Source of the DNA: Adineta vaga
Taxonomy: Eukaryota > Animalia > Rotifera
NCBI GenBank assembly: GCA_021613535.1
Contig: CP075493.1
Coordinates: 16,182,001 to 16,246,000 of the forward strand
Length of the DNA: 64,000 bases
Reading direction: 5' to 3'
In this document: positions 38,701 through 48,817 of the stretch, piece after piece
Layout of the letters: each line of letters starts with the position of its first letter
Position numbering within the stretch: position 1 is the stretch's first letter
Program-made: the position numbers and the translations under genes
The notes under the pieces: generated by a model
What the model saw: only the letters and a program-made list of their open reading frames with translations
What the model was told of the DNA's origin: nothing
Databases searched by the model: none

Positions 38701-40185
38701 TGATTTTCTCCATCATTTCTGTCTTTACCACATCTCCTACATATATCGATGGATGATTTGCAATGTTTCTTAATATGACCTGGTGTGTTACATTTGTTGC
38801 ATAATAGTAGTTTTGGTGATGGCAAAAATTCATCAACTCCATATAAATGACCATCAATGACGAACTTACCAGAAATAAGAATTTTATCATGTTCTTCTTT
38901 TGATAGTAAGTCAATTCGAATATGTCTTGAATAATTTGTTTTTGTACCTAACATTTCTTCAACTGCATACACGCTTCTTACTTTTTCTTTAACAATAATG
39001 TTTATATCTTCAATTTTAATTTTGTTATCAATAAATTTTAAAATTAATACATTTCTTGCAGGTAGTTTTGAGGGCAATATTGGTTCGATTTTAATATCAT
39101 TAATTTTTGTGGGATAGTTATTGATATCACACATGTAGATGAATAATTCAATATATTTCGTGAAACTAAGTAAGTCACCATTTTTGTCTAACATGTAGTG
39201 GTCAAATCCTAATGGATTGGAATATTGTGGATTCAATTTTTTAAAATTTTGTTCGATATGCTTCAGTAATTCGTTGATCATTAACGATGCTTCTTCTTGT
39301 GATTTTAGTGACGGTTCACATTTTATTTTTATTGGTGGAAATCGTTCTTCAACAGCAAATTTCATTGCATGTCGTGATACATATATCTGATCGTTGATCA
39401 TACTTTCCCAGCTTCCTTTTTCATTTTTTTCCTCGTATCTTGTGTTTTTCTGTTCATTTGTATTATTATTAAGCATGTATTGGTCTCCATTTGGAGTAGC
39501 GTATTGATTATTGTCAACATTTGACAGCTGTTGATTATTTTGTCTTTCCTCCTTTTTTCGTTCTTCATCTTCTGATATATATCTCGCTGAATTTTTGTTT
39601 TCTGTTCTGCCATGTCCATATGTAGACGATCTTATTGTTCGACCGTGTATAAAGGATTCAGTGCGTAGTGCTTTGTTACCTCTTCTATTCGATCTTGTTT
39701 GCATTTTCCATTTATTTGCTTCATCTTCACTTTCATCTTCTTGATAAACTTCATATTCATCTTGATTGTGATCCATTTTACTATTAGTTCTTTTCAAGGG
39801 CAATTTTTTATTAACATTATTTACATTGTCATATTTCTTGTTCAGTCCATGACTTTGTTTGATAATACCATTGTTGCACATGTCGTTCTTATCTTCTTTG
39901 CTCATATTTGCGTAATAATTGTAATTATTCATTTGTGTTTACGTAATTGATAATACAATAAGTAGAGTTAAATGAGTTTTATAAAGAAAAACTTTGTAAT
40001 AATATTATACACGTTTGTCACACGATACTCGTGTGTCAGTAAAGGAGGAACGATACGTCCACCTTCGACGTGTAAAAGAGAGAAGTGACTCACAAATTCT
40101 TTGTTTTTATGAATTGTTTTTTTCGGTCGTCTACATTATGCAAATCATCAAATCTATCACTTCGGCGACGTTTCGTTCCTTCCAT
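32702..40185 (-). CDS. F-box/LRR-like protein, 3 exons; intron 1 contains a full-length LINE
   Basis: Exon 1 MEGTKRRRSDRFDD...KTKNF (ATG 40185) splices in phase to FEDLANELIYEIFEYLD (F-box). LRR-like repeats follow. Intron 2 is at about 33398-33451. C-terminus is VWW*. Confidence 0.75.
34976..37954 (-). CDS. LINE ORF2: APE endonuclease plus reverse transcriptase
   Basis: GGVAIL, IYVPP, GDYNA and SDHYPV (APE). RPISLL, QSGF, VDFMSAFD, GTPQGSVL, FADD and YLGV (RT). Confidence 0.95.
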   Translation of the reverse strand: MTSHPMSNSFHFYPSSINLNVCGYFQGSKSEKRTLSKIVEEWNNTISLSNISNLWHKDRPIVSCENLSLILYNCQCLSTHIADLDILLSTYTPQICILTGVGAKIKKLPQTNSYYWISQEGTNSFGGVAILIHESLKTKVVDKQLNFILIELVIHPKPIILGAIYVPPNTSFPRHLFDNIRNKPFYIFGDYNAKNVDWNCPENNTSGLQLKSWLEETGCELILTNKPTSKRSPAFIDFGITHDANGWQAETLNEGSSDHYPVLIRTPLSAGTENYFRKTNWKIFTYFLECAYPYFNSIAYNMEPDAFLDLFLKFLNSLWDRTSEYVPVKKYRPPWPPYLVQLARQQNTARRRYRRLKTQENLKNYLYFKQKLEDEKTLFLQKKVDEKISYISTGNNIWKYVYPTFHPYAPPFKGLTTPSGIVKDPQIIADTLAVYYDKHFENPTIDRNNLVHTEAIKSYESIHQLGNLSIERITLQEVLNALKKTQKKKSTDSEGISAFLLNKMPTEYMQIFTVAFNKVAEKGSVLQVSKHAKVICLSKDGQYPEVNKLRPISLLSNVGKMFERIIHARILKWCHDKNIYIDEQSGFTAERRLQTRILSLVDDLRLTIAANNRPALIVFVDFMSAFDRMWHPALISTLVKLDFPLPLLRWIFAWLTGRTMSIHVGEVVSKSINIFVGTPQGSVLAATLFRLHVHFLPSFFMNLVCHLFADDLAIVITGALEKRFSVNIRELEKQAEVAMKILETYADNNLLPVNINKTKAMLVHNIVNPSYPKIKYKGNELEFVKRFKYLGVEITTKLGWGIYIDKRLRKVRKIYHALRILFQKIPVSLSKLRRKLFFAYALPHLNWLFSCWFFYTEIQQRNIEHVYCSGLRIVYNLNQWDDFTVYTLTRELTLTDYLFKYWYKFNIHLEKSLEASNYRSTFNAYLSAKSPKKIWYRSMDMRKNNKFLVRLSKQAKHTKMDICYLLINHRQQYGYFRHSSFSICHFIYKYLM
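37929..39932 (-). CDS. LINE ORF1, gag-like, with three Cys/His knuckles and a coiled coil
   Basis: CNKCNTPGHIKKHC, CRRCGKDR....H..C and CHHCGGEH.....C. Overlaps ORF2 by 26 bp. Confidence 0.9.
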   Translation of the reverse strand: MNNYNYYANMSKEDKNDMCNNGIIKQSHGLNKKYDNVNNVNKKLPLKRTNSKMDHNQDEYEVYQEDESEDEANKWKMQTRSNRRGNKALRTESFIHGRTIRSSTYGHGRTENKNSARYISEDEERKKEERQNNQQLSNVDNNQYATPNGDQYMLNNNTNEQKNTRYEEKNEKGSWESMINDQIYVSRHAMKFAVEERFPPIKIKCEPSLKSQEEASLMINELLKHIEQNFKKLNPQYSNPLGFDHYMLDKNGDLLSFTKYIELFIYMCDINNYPTKINDIKIEPILPSKLPARNVLILKFIDNKIKIEDINIIVKEKVRSVYAVEEMLGTKTNYSRHIRIDLLSKEEHDKILISGKFVIDGHLYGVDEFLPSPKLLLCNKCNTPGHIKKHCKSSIDICRRCGKDRNDGENHYTCNINCHHCGGEHEATSYACSTITKFRKELLQKLKNNSYLLPQHLQFYIPRQFRDQKRTKFLTNENNNKTQPGVQQRNLFNGNTNDRNAWPSLTPNTDSTSHTTTQLNSEIKKLYEELHTLKREHENELKNLKAEQEKQTQKMVEEWQLFNLQIKTQAEAMSDMYTNINEIIPPMLQSIEITNQVMEKFNNEMTNKKEKQTRETMIKTIGTTLTMVNNRMLLLENHHLKLKEIMDKQNELLMRGMYPNDQSSNEQ

Positions 40186-40577
40186 CGAAAAATGTGAAAC
40201 TAACATCGAAATTTGTCAGAACTCAATGATTATATAAGAACAAGAAAAAAGAAAACGTGTTCATAGCTTTTATCGTTCCTGATTCTTTATTACACCGAAA
40301 GAAAGAAATAAAAGAAAAAAAATCAGGTTGTCTACATTACTTTCGACGATGACTAATTGAAGTGGGTAAAAATGGATGGAAATTTCTGTGAAATATAAAT
40401 GACATTGAATATTTTATAAATTCATTTTCTGAATCAAAAGTAAAAGATTAGAAATATTAATCATAATAATATTTAAATAGATGACATTAGTCTACAACTG
40501 AAAATAATTTAAATTGAATTGACATATCATCAAAGATTTATTTGAAAAGAAACAATATATATGATGAATTATGATCA

Positions 40578-42520
40578 TTACCACCATAAATACAAGATGT
40601 TACCAGTGTGATTTACCTTTTGGTCAGAAGATAACACTCCCAATTTGATCAGATTATTTAAATGTTCCAGATAAAATTTACTTACTGATGTAAAACATAA
40701 TAATCGTAAATCCGGAATATTCTGTTTATTATTATTCAGTAGAAATTCTAATATTATTTTCATATCTCTCATCAGGATATTAATTTGAAGATGTTGTAAA
40801 CGAGGAAATAGTTTAGCGAGTAATTTCAGTTTATTTAATGTACAACGATGTGCAAAAGCAACATTGATAATACGATTTATCTTTGATACCGATTGAAATA
40901 TTTCATTTTGTTCAATAATTCTTTCATTCTCTGTGTAAAGAGGCATTGTTTGAAATGTTAATGTATGAACATTCGGTGTAGAAGATAAAATTTCCATCAT
41001 TTTCAAAAGAGATAGATGATTACATTTGATATTTAATGTTTGCAGTTGTTGTAAAGGTAAAATACGATTAAGATTTTTTATAATCGATCGACAAACAGCT
41101 GCAGAAAAAGCCTCTTCTATGATGAGTTTTGTTGCATTTGGAAAATAATCGTTACATTTCTCTATGACCTTTTCATTTGTAATGTAAAGTTGATTAACTG
41201 ACTTGAAAACTTTTTCATATTGATCTGCATAATCAATGTTATTTAATTGATTACATATTTTATAATATTTTCTTCTAGAAATAAAACAAATGTTCTTAAT
41301 CTATATTTGAAATGTTATTAATATAAATACTTATATGGATTTGTAGAATATATGATTCTATATTCATTGTATTTTGTTTGTATTAATGATCGATAATCGA
41401 AAAACCATTGTCGTTTAGTCCAAAATGAAGAACTAAAAAGATTGAATTGTTTGTCAATTGTTGATATTTGAATATCTGTGTATAAACGTATTTGAAATTG
41501 AGCATTGAAAATGCGTAAATTTACTAAATAAGTTGATATTAGATGTTCCCATCTGGACGCATTTAGATAATCCAAATCTGCTGAAATATTTAAAACTTGA
41601 ATTAAAGGAAAAAAATCGATCAAAATTGGTTCGAAATAATCGAATTTCGTTAAATCACTTAGTTTGAGAGATACATGAGTTAGATACTTTAATACGGATG
41701 AAGATGATTGATTTGGAATTATTGCATGTCCACGTAATAAATTTAATGATAAATGACGAAGCTGAGGTACATAGGAAAAGAATGCATTCAGTTGATCACA
41801 ATATATTTCATGATTAATAATCAAATACTCAATTGAACTATATTCATAGGTTGCCATTGGTAATATGCCAGTAAAATAACTCTCTCCGAATGATAATTTA
41901 CAATATTTCAAAAAAGGTAAACGAAATATTTGTTGATAAAAAGGATTTTTATCCTTAATGGGATCGAGAGTTGTAATGCTGAGTGAAGAAAAGTATGGGA
42001 AAGTAATTAATTGATGAAGAACATTGTAGAGACATGTTGACTCGATATTTTCAAGAATCAATGTTCGTAACAATGTTTTGTGTAATAATGTAACTATTTG
42101 ATCATCGAATATGAAACAATTTTCAATTCGTAGAGTATCAATTTTTTGTATATTAGGTATAATTATATCTTGATTGTAATGATTGAAGGCTTTTTGAGAT
42201 ATAAGAGGAACATTGATTTTCAATGGAAGAATTGAGTCAATAAGAAGCGAACGAAATCGATAGTTAAGATGATAAAAAGATTGGTAGATATAATAAGAAT
42301 CGAGATAATCAAAGACTTCATAAATAATTTCATTGGGTAAAATCTCAAAATTTGCAATACTTTCATTTGTAATACTAAAACAAAGTTATCGTAGATATGA
42401 AACAAAACATTCTTTTTTCTATATTTACCATTTCGTTGTTATCATTACATCTTGTTTTATTCTTTTGTTTCCATCAGAATTAAAAACATTTTCACTTCTT
42501 TGACGTTTTATCTGTTCCAT
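40578..42520 (-). CDS. F-box/LRR-like protein, tandem paralog of 32702-40185
   Basis: Exon 1 MEQIKRQRS (ATG 42520), exon 2 FEILPNEIIYEVFDYLD, the same intron position near NPY, C-terminus LWW*. Confidence 0.8.
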
Positions 42521-43919
42521 TTCAAAACATCTAAAATATACATTTAACATCAGAAACAACTTTCATACGGCATATTTTTTCCTAATTTGTTAATATGTGA
42601 CGTTTTTTCGATGATGATGAATCATTCAAATCGCGGTATGAATAGTTGGAAATTACCAAGCAAAAGTAGAGTATACTTATGACTAATTATTCAAATAAAT
42701 AAGTTTATTGATTTACATTATTCTTTGACTATATACAAACAATAATTATAGAAAAAAAGAACGACTAATGATTTCTGAAAATCGTCATAACATTGGATAC
42801 AAGTATATTCTTATTGTTAATATCTATTAGAAACAATAAAGAGAAATAAAATGAATCTTCTATAGTTGTGTAATACTTTGAAGTGAATTATAAACAAACG
42901 AAAAGAGAATTTCGATGGAATAATATATATATTCATGATACTCACTAATTGCTTGTCGTTGTTAGTTGGTTTTTTCATAAATCATCAAAACTGTTATTTC
43001 GTTCCTTTCATCGAAAAATGTGAAACTAACATCGAAATTCGTCAGAATTTAATGATTATATACGAACGAGAAAAAAACGTGATCATATGACTTTCATCAT
43101 TGACACTTTATTCTGTCGAAAGAAAGAGAGGAATGGAAGAAAAATCCAAATGAATAATAAATCTACAATAGCAAGAGGATATAGATAAATTCAATGCAAA
43201 TTAGAATTGATTGAATTAATATTCATTGAAACCATGTCGACTTCGAAAATATACTTCTCGTTGTTTCTGAGATATTATATCGAAACGATTTACACTCAAA
43301 TTCTCTCGATCATCCGTTTTTGTGTTTGATTCTTCTTTTGAAAATAAGTTTTGATATATTTTCAACTAGAGATTATTTATCATGAAAAAGAAAATAGCAA
43401 CTCACGAACGTAGGTAGCTGAATGATTGTTGAATTTTTTCAAAAGTAACTTTAATATTTTTGTAAAGAGATATTATTAGAAATTTTAATCTTTGAATATT
43501 CGATGCGAAAGATAATAACTTTATCAAACTGATGAATGACAAATGATTACAGTGAATTATCAGAATATATGAGTAAGATTAGTTGATGATGATTCATAGC
43601 CCGTGGAAAATAAAACAAACACCTTTTTCTCACTACCGATGAGGATATGACCAACTGATTCGTTTATGCAAGTAATGTCATTTGACGAATAACATATTTT
43701 ATGACCTTTTCATCTAAAACAAACAAAAAAGATTTATTGAATATGAATAGAACTTTTCTTTTGAATGCGATCGACAGTAGAGAGAATAAAATCAACTTTT
43801 AAGATTCAAAAATGCGATTCCCACACTTGAGCAGTCGAAAATGGCGCACCGTAGGGACGCCGATGACCGACTGCAATCAGTCGAGGGTTAAGCGAGTCTC
43901 CTTCGACGAGCGTTATTTA

Positions 43920-44202
43920 TTTTTTGACATAGTCTTTTGTTCATCTTGTCTTATGATTTATTTTGCATATAGCAGTCGTCATCAGAACTATTAAGATTGA
44001 AACGGTCTTCAACGTTCGTAAGATTCGTATTTGTGTTGCTCCGCAAGGCAATAGCATAATAAATGAACAAATAAAATATAACGATCGTCACTTTATGAGA
44101 ATGCTTTTATTTCAAGTATTGATTATACTATTCTAATTTCAATTCCATTTTGTTCTGTTTGTATGTACAACACGTTCGCTCGCGTTCTACTCCAACAGCA
44201 TC
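43920..44202 (+). pseudogene. GPCR fragment (TM5-TM6), cut at junction F
   Basis: DRHFMRMLLFQVLIIL...SIPF...MYNTFARVLLQQH ends at CATC|TTGAGGG. Confidence 0.6.
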
Positions 44203-44241
44203 TTGAGGGTATGGGTGCATCTAGTTCATCTTAACCCTCAA
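44199..44241. repeat. Head-to-head telomeric-repeat junction site F
   Basis: CATCTTGAGGGTATGGGTG-CATCTAGTTCATCTTA-ACCCTCAA. Confidence 0.85.
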
Positions 44242-44343
44242 ATACTTCGTTGTTATTTGTTATTTGTTAGATCATTATCATGTATTCTTTTCGTTATCTC
44301 GATGATACATTTATTTTTTACCAACTCATAAAAGACAAAAGAT

Positions 44344-45393
44344 TTAGCCTATGTTTGATGCTAAATCCGAATCTTCAAAAATATCATTCTGAGCACCTTC
44401 AAAAAAGCCCATCACTTGATTGTATGTTGGCATTTTTGGAATATTAAATACATTGTTACCATCTTTTTGAAAATAGAAAATCATTTGTTTTGCTCCTTTT
44501 GTACATCTTGAAGGATTATTTTCACAATATACTGGTGGCTTAGCGACAGCAAGTTTTCTTGTAGAAGTTGAGCCAGTAACTATACATTTATGTCCTTGCA
44601 TATACATATTTGGTTGTCCACAACCCATAGGAACCCATTTGGTATTAAAAAAAATAAAGCATTCTTTCGGAGAATATGAAATGAACTCACCCCCAAGCAC
44701 ATGTACAACCACCTGCGGGACATGGTGGTAAATCTTTTGGTACATCGTACGAGGTGAGTCTTTGCCAAGGGGTTTTGTTTCTTACAGTAAAGACAACCAA
44801 GTTTTCTGATGTCACTTTATCGATACTATTCTGATAGGAGATAGCAAAAACTGTTCCTGGCGCTGCAGTTTGATTTGGTGTATGTAAATTAGGGTATGAA
44901 ACACAACCCCAAGGAGTATATTCGAGTTCTTGTGGGCCACCAAAATAGCCGCTGAAATTTTTATTGTGACCAAAAGTTGTAAAAGCACGATTCGTTGCAA
45001 TCTCAACTGTGAATGAGCCTCCTGCCGGTAATTCCAGGTAGTCTCCATCTGGTGGTGGTTCTTTGTCACACCCTTGAAAATGTTGAAACCACCAGTCCTT
45101 CTTTGTCATATCAACCAAAGGATTTACAGGTAAATTATTGTTCATATTATTTTCATTTCCACGTCCCTAGAGAAGATGCAATGTAACACTTCGCTAAGTT
45201 TCTCTTTTCCGTACCTTCATACAGTACATGCCCTTCGACCACGCTGCCATATGAGCTACAAATTGAAAAATATAAGTTTTTTTTTTGATCAGACGATTTG
45301 AAGAGAACTATCACGTAAATAGATGAACTCACCGTTCACAGCACAGATCAATGCACATAAGAGTGCAGATACTAACACAATTTTCAAAAACAT
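44344..45393 (-). CDS. Fungal-type AA14-like lytic polysaccharide monooxygenase, 4 exons; intron 3 acceptor reads AA (possible recent pseudogene)
   Basis: Signal peptide [21 protein letters not shown], then mature N-terminal His ([11 protein letters not shown]). Motifs [48 protein letters not shown] and GCGQPNMYM. Confidence 0.8.
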
Positions 45394-45601
45394 TACTATC
45401 TCTTTTGAAATTCAATTTATTTTTACTTTAAATATTGATAATACTATCTTTATCTATTACAATGAGAAAATGGCAAGCTGATGGATGCACTTTGTTCTGC
45501 CTCTTTTGTATTCGCTCCTGAAAATAATATATACGCTATTTAAGAAAAAAACAATCTTTAATGTCTTTATCCTCGACAAAAAAAAGACCACGCAGTCCGA
45601 T

Positions 45602-45645
45602 TTAAGGGGTGGGTGAATATGAACTGATGACATCCACATTCTCAA
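45602..45645. repeat. Degenerate telomeric junction site G
   Basis: TTAAGGGGTGGGTG-spacer-CATCCACATTCTCAA. Confidence 0.6.
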
Positions 45646-46005
45646 AAAACTTCGATGTTTATGTCTTCAAGAATTCTACCGAGAAAGATGAAACTACGAC
45701 AATATTATTCCTAACCAGACCTGATCATCGTCTTCTTGTTGCATTATTCCTTCGACCGAAAGGAAGGATGTGGCTTTTAGATAGATATAGTACTCACGCC
45801 CTGAAGATGATGCAATCTAAGTGGTAAAATTAGTTTAATATTTTTCTGCAGCATAAAGTCAACATGACAAAAATTCATCTTGTTGTTGTAGATATTTTTC
45901 TTCTGTTCTTTTTTCGAAAGAAAATATGTTTCATTGATACATACAAGAAACAGATACAGTTATAAATGAATTATTAGTTATTGATATACTCTCAAACACA
46001 CAAAA

Positions 46006-46006
46006 A

Positions 46007-46037
<31 letters not shown>

Positions 46038-46040
46038 AGA
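46006..46040. repeat. (AAAG)n microsatellite
   Basis: Direct tandem AAAG units. Confidence 0.85.
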
Positions 46041-46540
46041 AAAAAACGATATATAATCTAGATAATTATAGCAAGATGGACTACAGATGTTTAACTTATT
46101 TGAGAAAAGAATTAAGAGAAAGAGATAACAACAAGACGAACAAAGAAAATATTGACTATTAAACTGTACTCTTCCATACTATGATGATGTTATCATATAA
46201 TCATTTGTCATCAGTGCTGCTACCTACGTTTTGTTCTACTAATTTCTTTATTTTCTTCTTAAATCTCATCCAGTATATAATGGATTTGTCTTGTTGACGA
46301 TAAACGTTCTTCTCGGTTGTCTTCTCGAAATAATCTATTTCCATAAAGAAGAGTGTTATTTTCTTTATGTTTATATCTTGTAGAAGAAAAATCGTTTTGT
46401 TCGAAGCTAAGTCTTATATAGATATCAATGATATATTATGACTCCCTAAAAGAGATAGTCGCAAAAAATTCGTTTCCATATCGTTTACTTTAATTTTATT
46501 AACAAAAAAAATTTTTCTAGATTAATTTGATAGAAACTAT

Positions 46541-48179
46541 ATGATTCTTATCATGTTCGTTGCCGTTATTGGTCTTCTATTAATGATAAATTCTCATGTA
46601 TTACCCATAAATGGAGTAAGTATGGAAAAACTATATTAGTATAAAATTCTTGTTTTAATTCAGACACCTGGGAATGAAAGGAATGACTATGGAATGTTAT
46701 CAGTTAATCGAACACGATTAATTACCACTATTTTCGAAGCACCATTTATGATGCTGAAGCACAATCACAATGGAACACTCTCGGAAAAAACTATTACTCA
46801 TGGAACAATACTTGATCCATCAATGGTCGAAGGTTATTCTGTTGATTTAGCACATACAATATGTCATGAAAGATTGAACATTTCATATAAATTTCTCATC
46901 GAGACTAAATATGGTCATCGGGCTACCAATGGAGTATGGAATGGTATGATGGGTGCGTTGATAAATCACAAAGCTGATTTAGCAGTAGCACCACTGATCA
47001 TTAATGCTGCACGTGAGAAATTCGTAGATTTTACACAACCATTTATGACCTCTGACATGTCGATGATAATGTCAAAGTCTGCCAAACAGAAACCGGTAAT
47101 ATTATTTGTTAAAATTACAACTAAATTTATCATATTGTTAATTTTTGAATATAGGAATTATTCTTCTTCTTATTTCCCATGTCCAAAACTGTATGGTTTT
47201 ATGTTCTTCTTTCTTATATTCTCGTCAGTATTATCTTATTATTTATCAATCGAATTATAAATTATGAATCTTATCCTCAAAACAAACATGATACATTTTC
47301 AATGTGCACTGCTCTTTGTTTTCCATTGACTTCTTTCATGCATTGGAATATTTCTCGTTCAATCGCAGGTATTCTCATCTACATATATATTCAATGATTT
47401 TTATTTGACACAGTTTGTATTATTTCGTAGGTCGCGTTGCTATCCATACTTGGTGGTTATTTTGTCTAATTTTCTTCTCAATATATATTGTTAGTTTGAT
47501 CACATCATATCCTTTTTCCTCAAGAATGATATTACCTATAGAATCATTAGAACATCTTTCGAAACAAACTACAATTCGATATGGAATATTAAAAGACAGT
47601 TCAACCATGAATTTTTTTAATAAATCAAATAATGATATGATTCAAAATATGTGGAATTTTATGCAAAAGCATAAAGACCATGCTTTCGTATCATCATATC
47701 GTGCCGGATTTGAAAAAGTACGACAATCGAAAGGTACATTTGATTATATTGAAATCGTTTTTTTTTGTGTTTAAAATCTTCAATCTTTTAGGAAGATATG
47801 TCTTTCTTGCAGAATCTACATTTAGTGAATATACTAATGAGCGTCTTCCTTGCGATACCATGGCCATTTATGTAGATATTATAATTCGAAAGAATACGGC
47901 ATTGCAACACCATTGAAATCTGACTTACGTAAAGCAATTAATGTTACCATATTCGAACTTCATGACAACGGTTTTCTTAAACGACTCAAGCAGAAATGGT
48001 TCTATGAAGGATCCGAATGTACAAAACTACACACGAAAAAAGATTTAAAATCAACGATGCAATTACATTTATCTAACATGGCTGGCGTCTTTTATTTATT
48101 AGTTTTTGGTCTCGGACTTGCTATAATTATTGCATTTTTCGAATTTTTATCCAAAGCAAAGCATGATTCGACTCGTTGA
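46541..48179 (+). pseudogene. Ionotropic glutamate receptor-like gene lacking the ATD; frameshift near 47870 and a shortened pore loop
   Basis: Signal peptide, then EAPFMM, GYSVDL, WNGMMGAL, ADLAVAPL...RE..VDFTQPFM, WWLF, DSSTM, ESTFSEY, CDTM, YGIATP, LKQKW and NMAGVFYLL. Confidence 0.8.
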
Positions 48180-48481
48180 AAACAAAATTTTGGCAAAGTG
48201 ATATGTGACAATCTACGTAACTCGGTTAAAAGTGGAAATATAAAACAAAATACAAGTTCATCAACTATACCCATCAAGGAGATACTCATCGATGAGGATC
48301 GCACGTTAATTGTTACATAAAAGAAACTGACAATAATCAATCTTATTTTCTCTTTCTCACAATTGTAGTCGTACCTTTCTTTCTTCATCTCAAATCTTCT
48401 ACTCGATTTTCTAGATATTTGCATTTCTTTCTCATAATTATCCTTGTGACCCTTGTAATTGTGACTATTTGATGAAAAAAA

Positions 48482-48531
48482 GGGAGGGTGGATAGAAACA
48501 CTGACTTGCACGCATCCTTACCCACACGCAA
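48482..48531. repeat. Degenerate telomeric junction site H
   Basis: GGGAGGGTGG-spacer-TTACCCACACGCAA. Confidence 0.45.
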
Positions 48532-48817
48532 TCATTTGGCGAAAAAGAAAAAACTTTAATAATTCTTTTTATAAATCAATAAAATGTCTCCATTTTTACT
48601 TTCTTCCATTCCTAAGTAAACTGTATGATTTGAAATCGACTGCTTTTTCTTTCGTATTCTATTCATGTGCCTAGGAAGACACTTCAATTATTTTTTATGT
48701 GAATTTTTTTCTTTTTACAGTTCTCGTAATCTTCAATCAAATCAACTAGTTCGTGTACAATCGTCTTGGTTTTATGCGCGCTTAAAATATATACATTTGT
48801 CTCTATGAATATTGACA

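Larger units (their letters stand above)
34556..40087 (-). mobile_element. Full-length non-LTR retrotransposon (APE-RT LINE, Jockey/I-like group)
   Basis: 15-bp TSD ACTCACAAATTCTTT (34541-34555 and 40088-40102), poly(A) tail, two intact ORFs. Confidence 0.93.

Noticed and set aside
35565-39950. Plus-strand and nested short ORFs within the LINE
   Set aside because: They are antisense or alternate-frame shadows of ORF1 and ORF2.
45798-45830. Hammerhead ribozyme at GCCCTGAAGATGATGC
   Set aside because: No closing helix II or GAAA core follows. At most it is a fragment.
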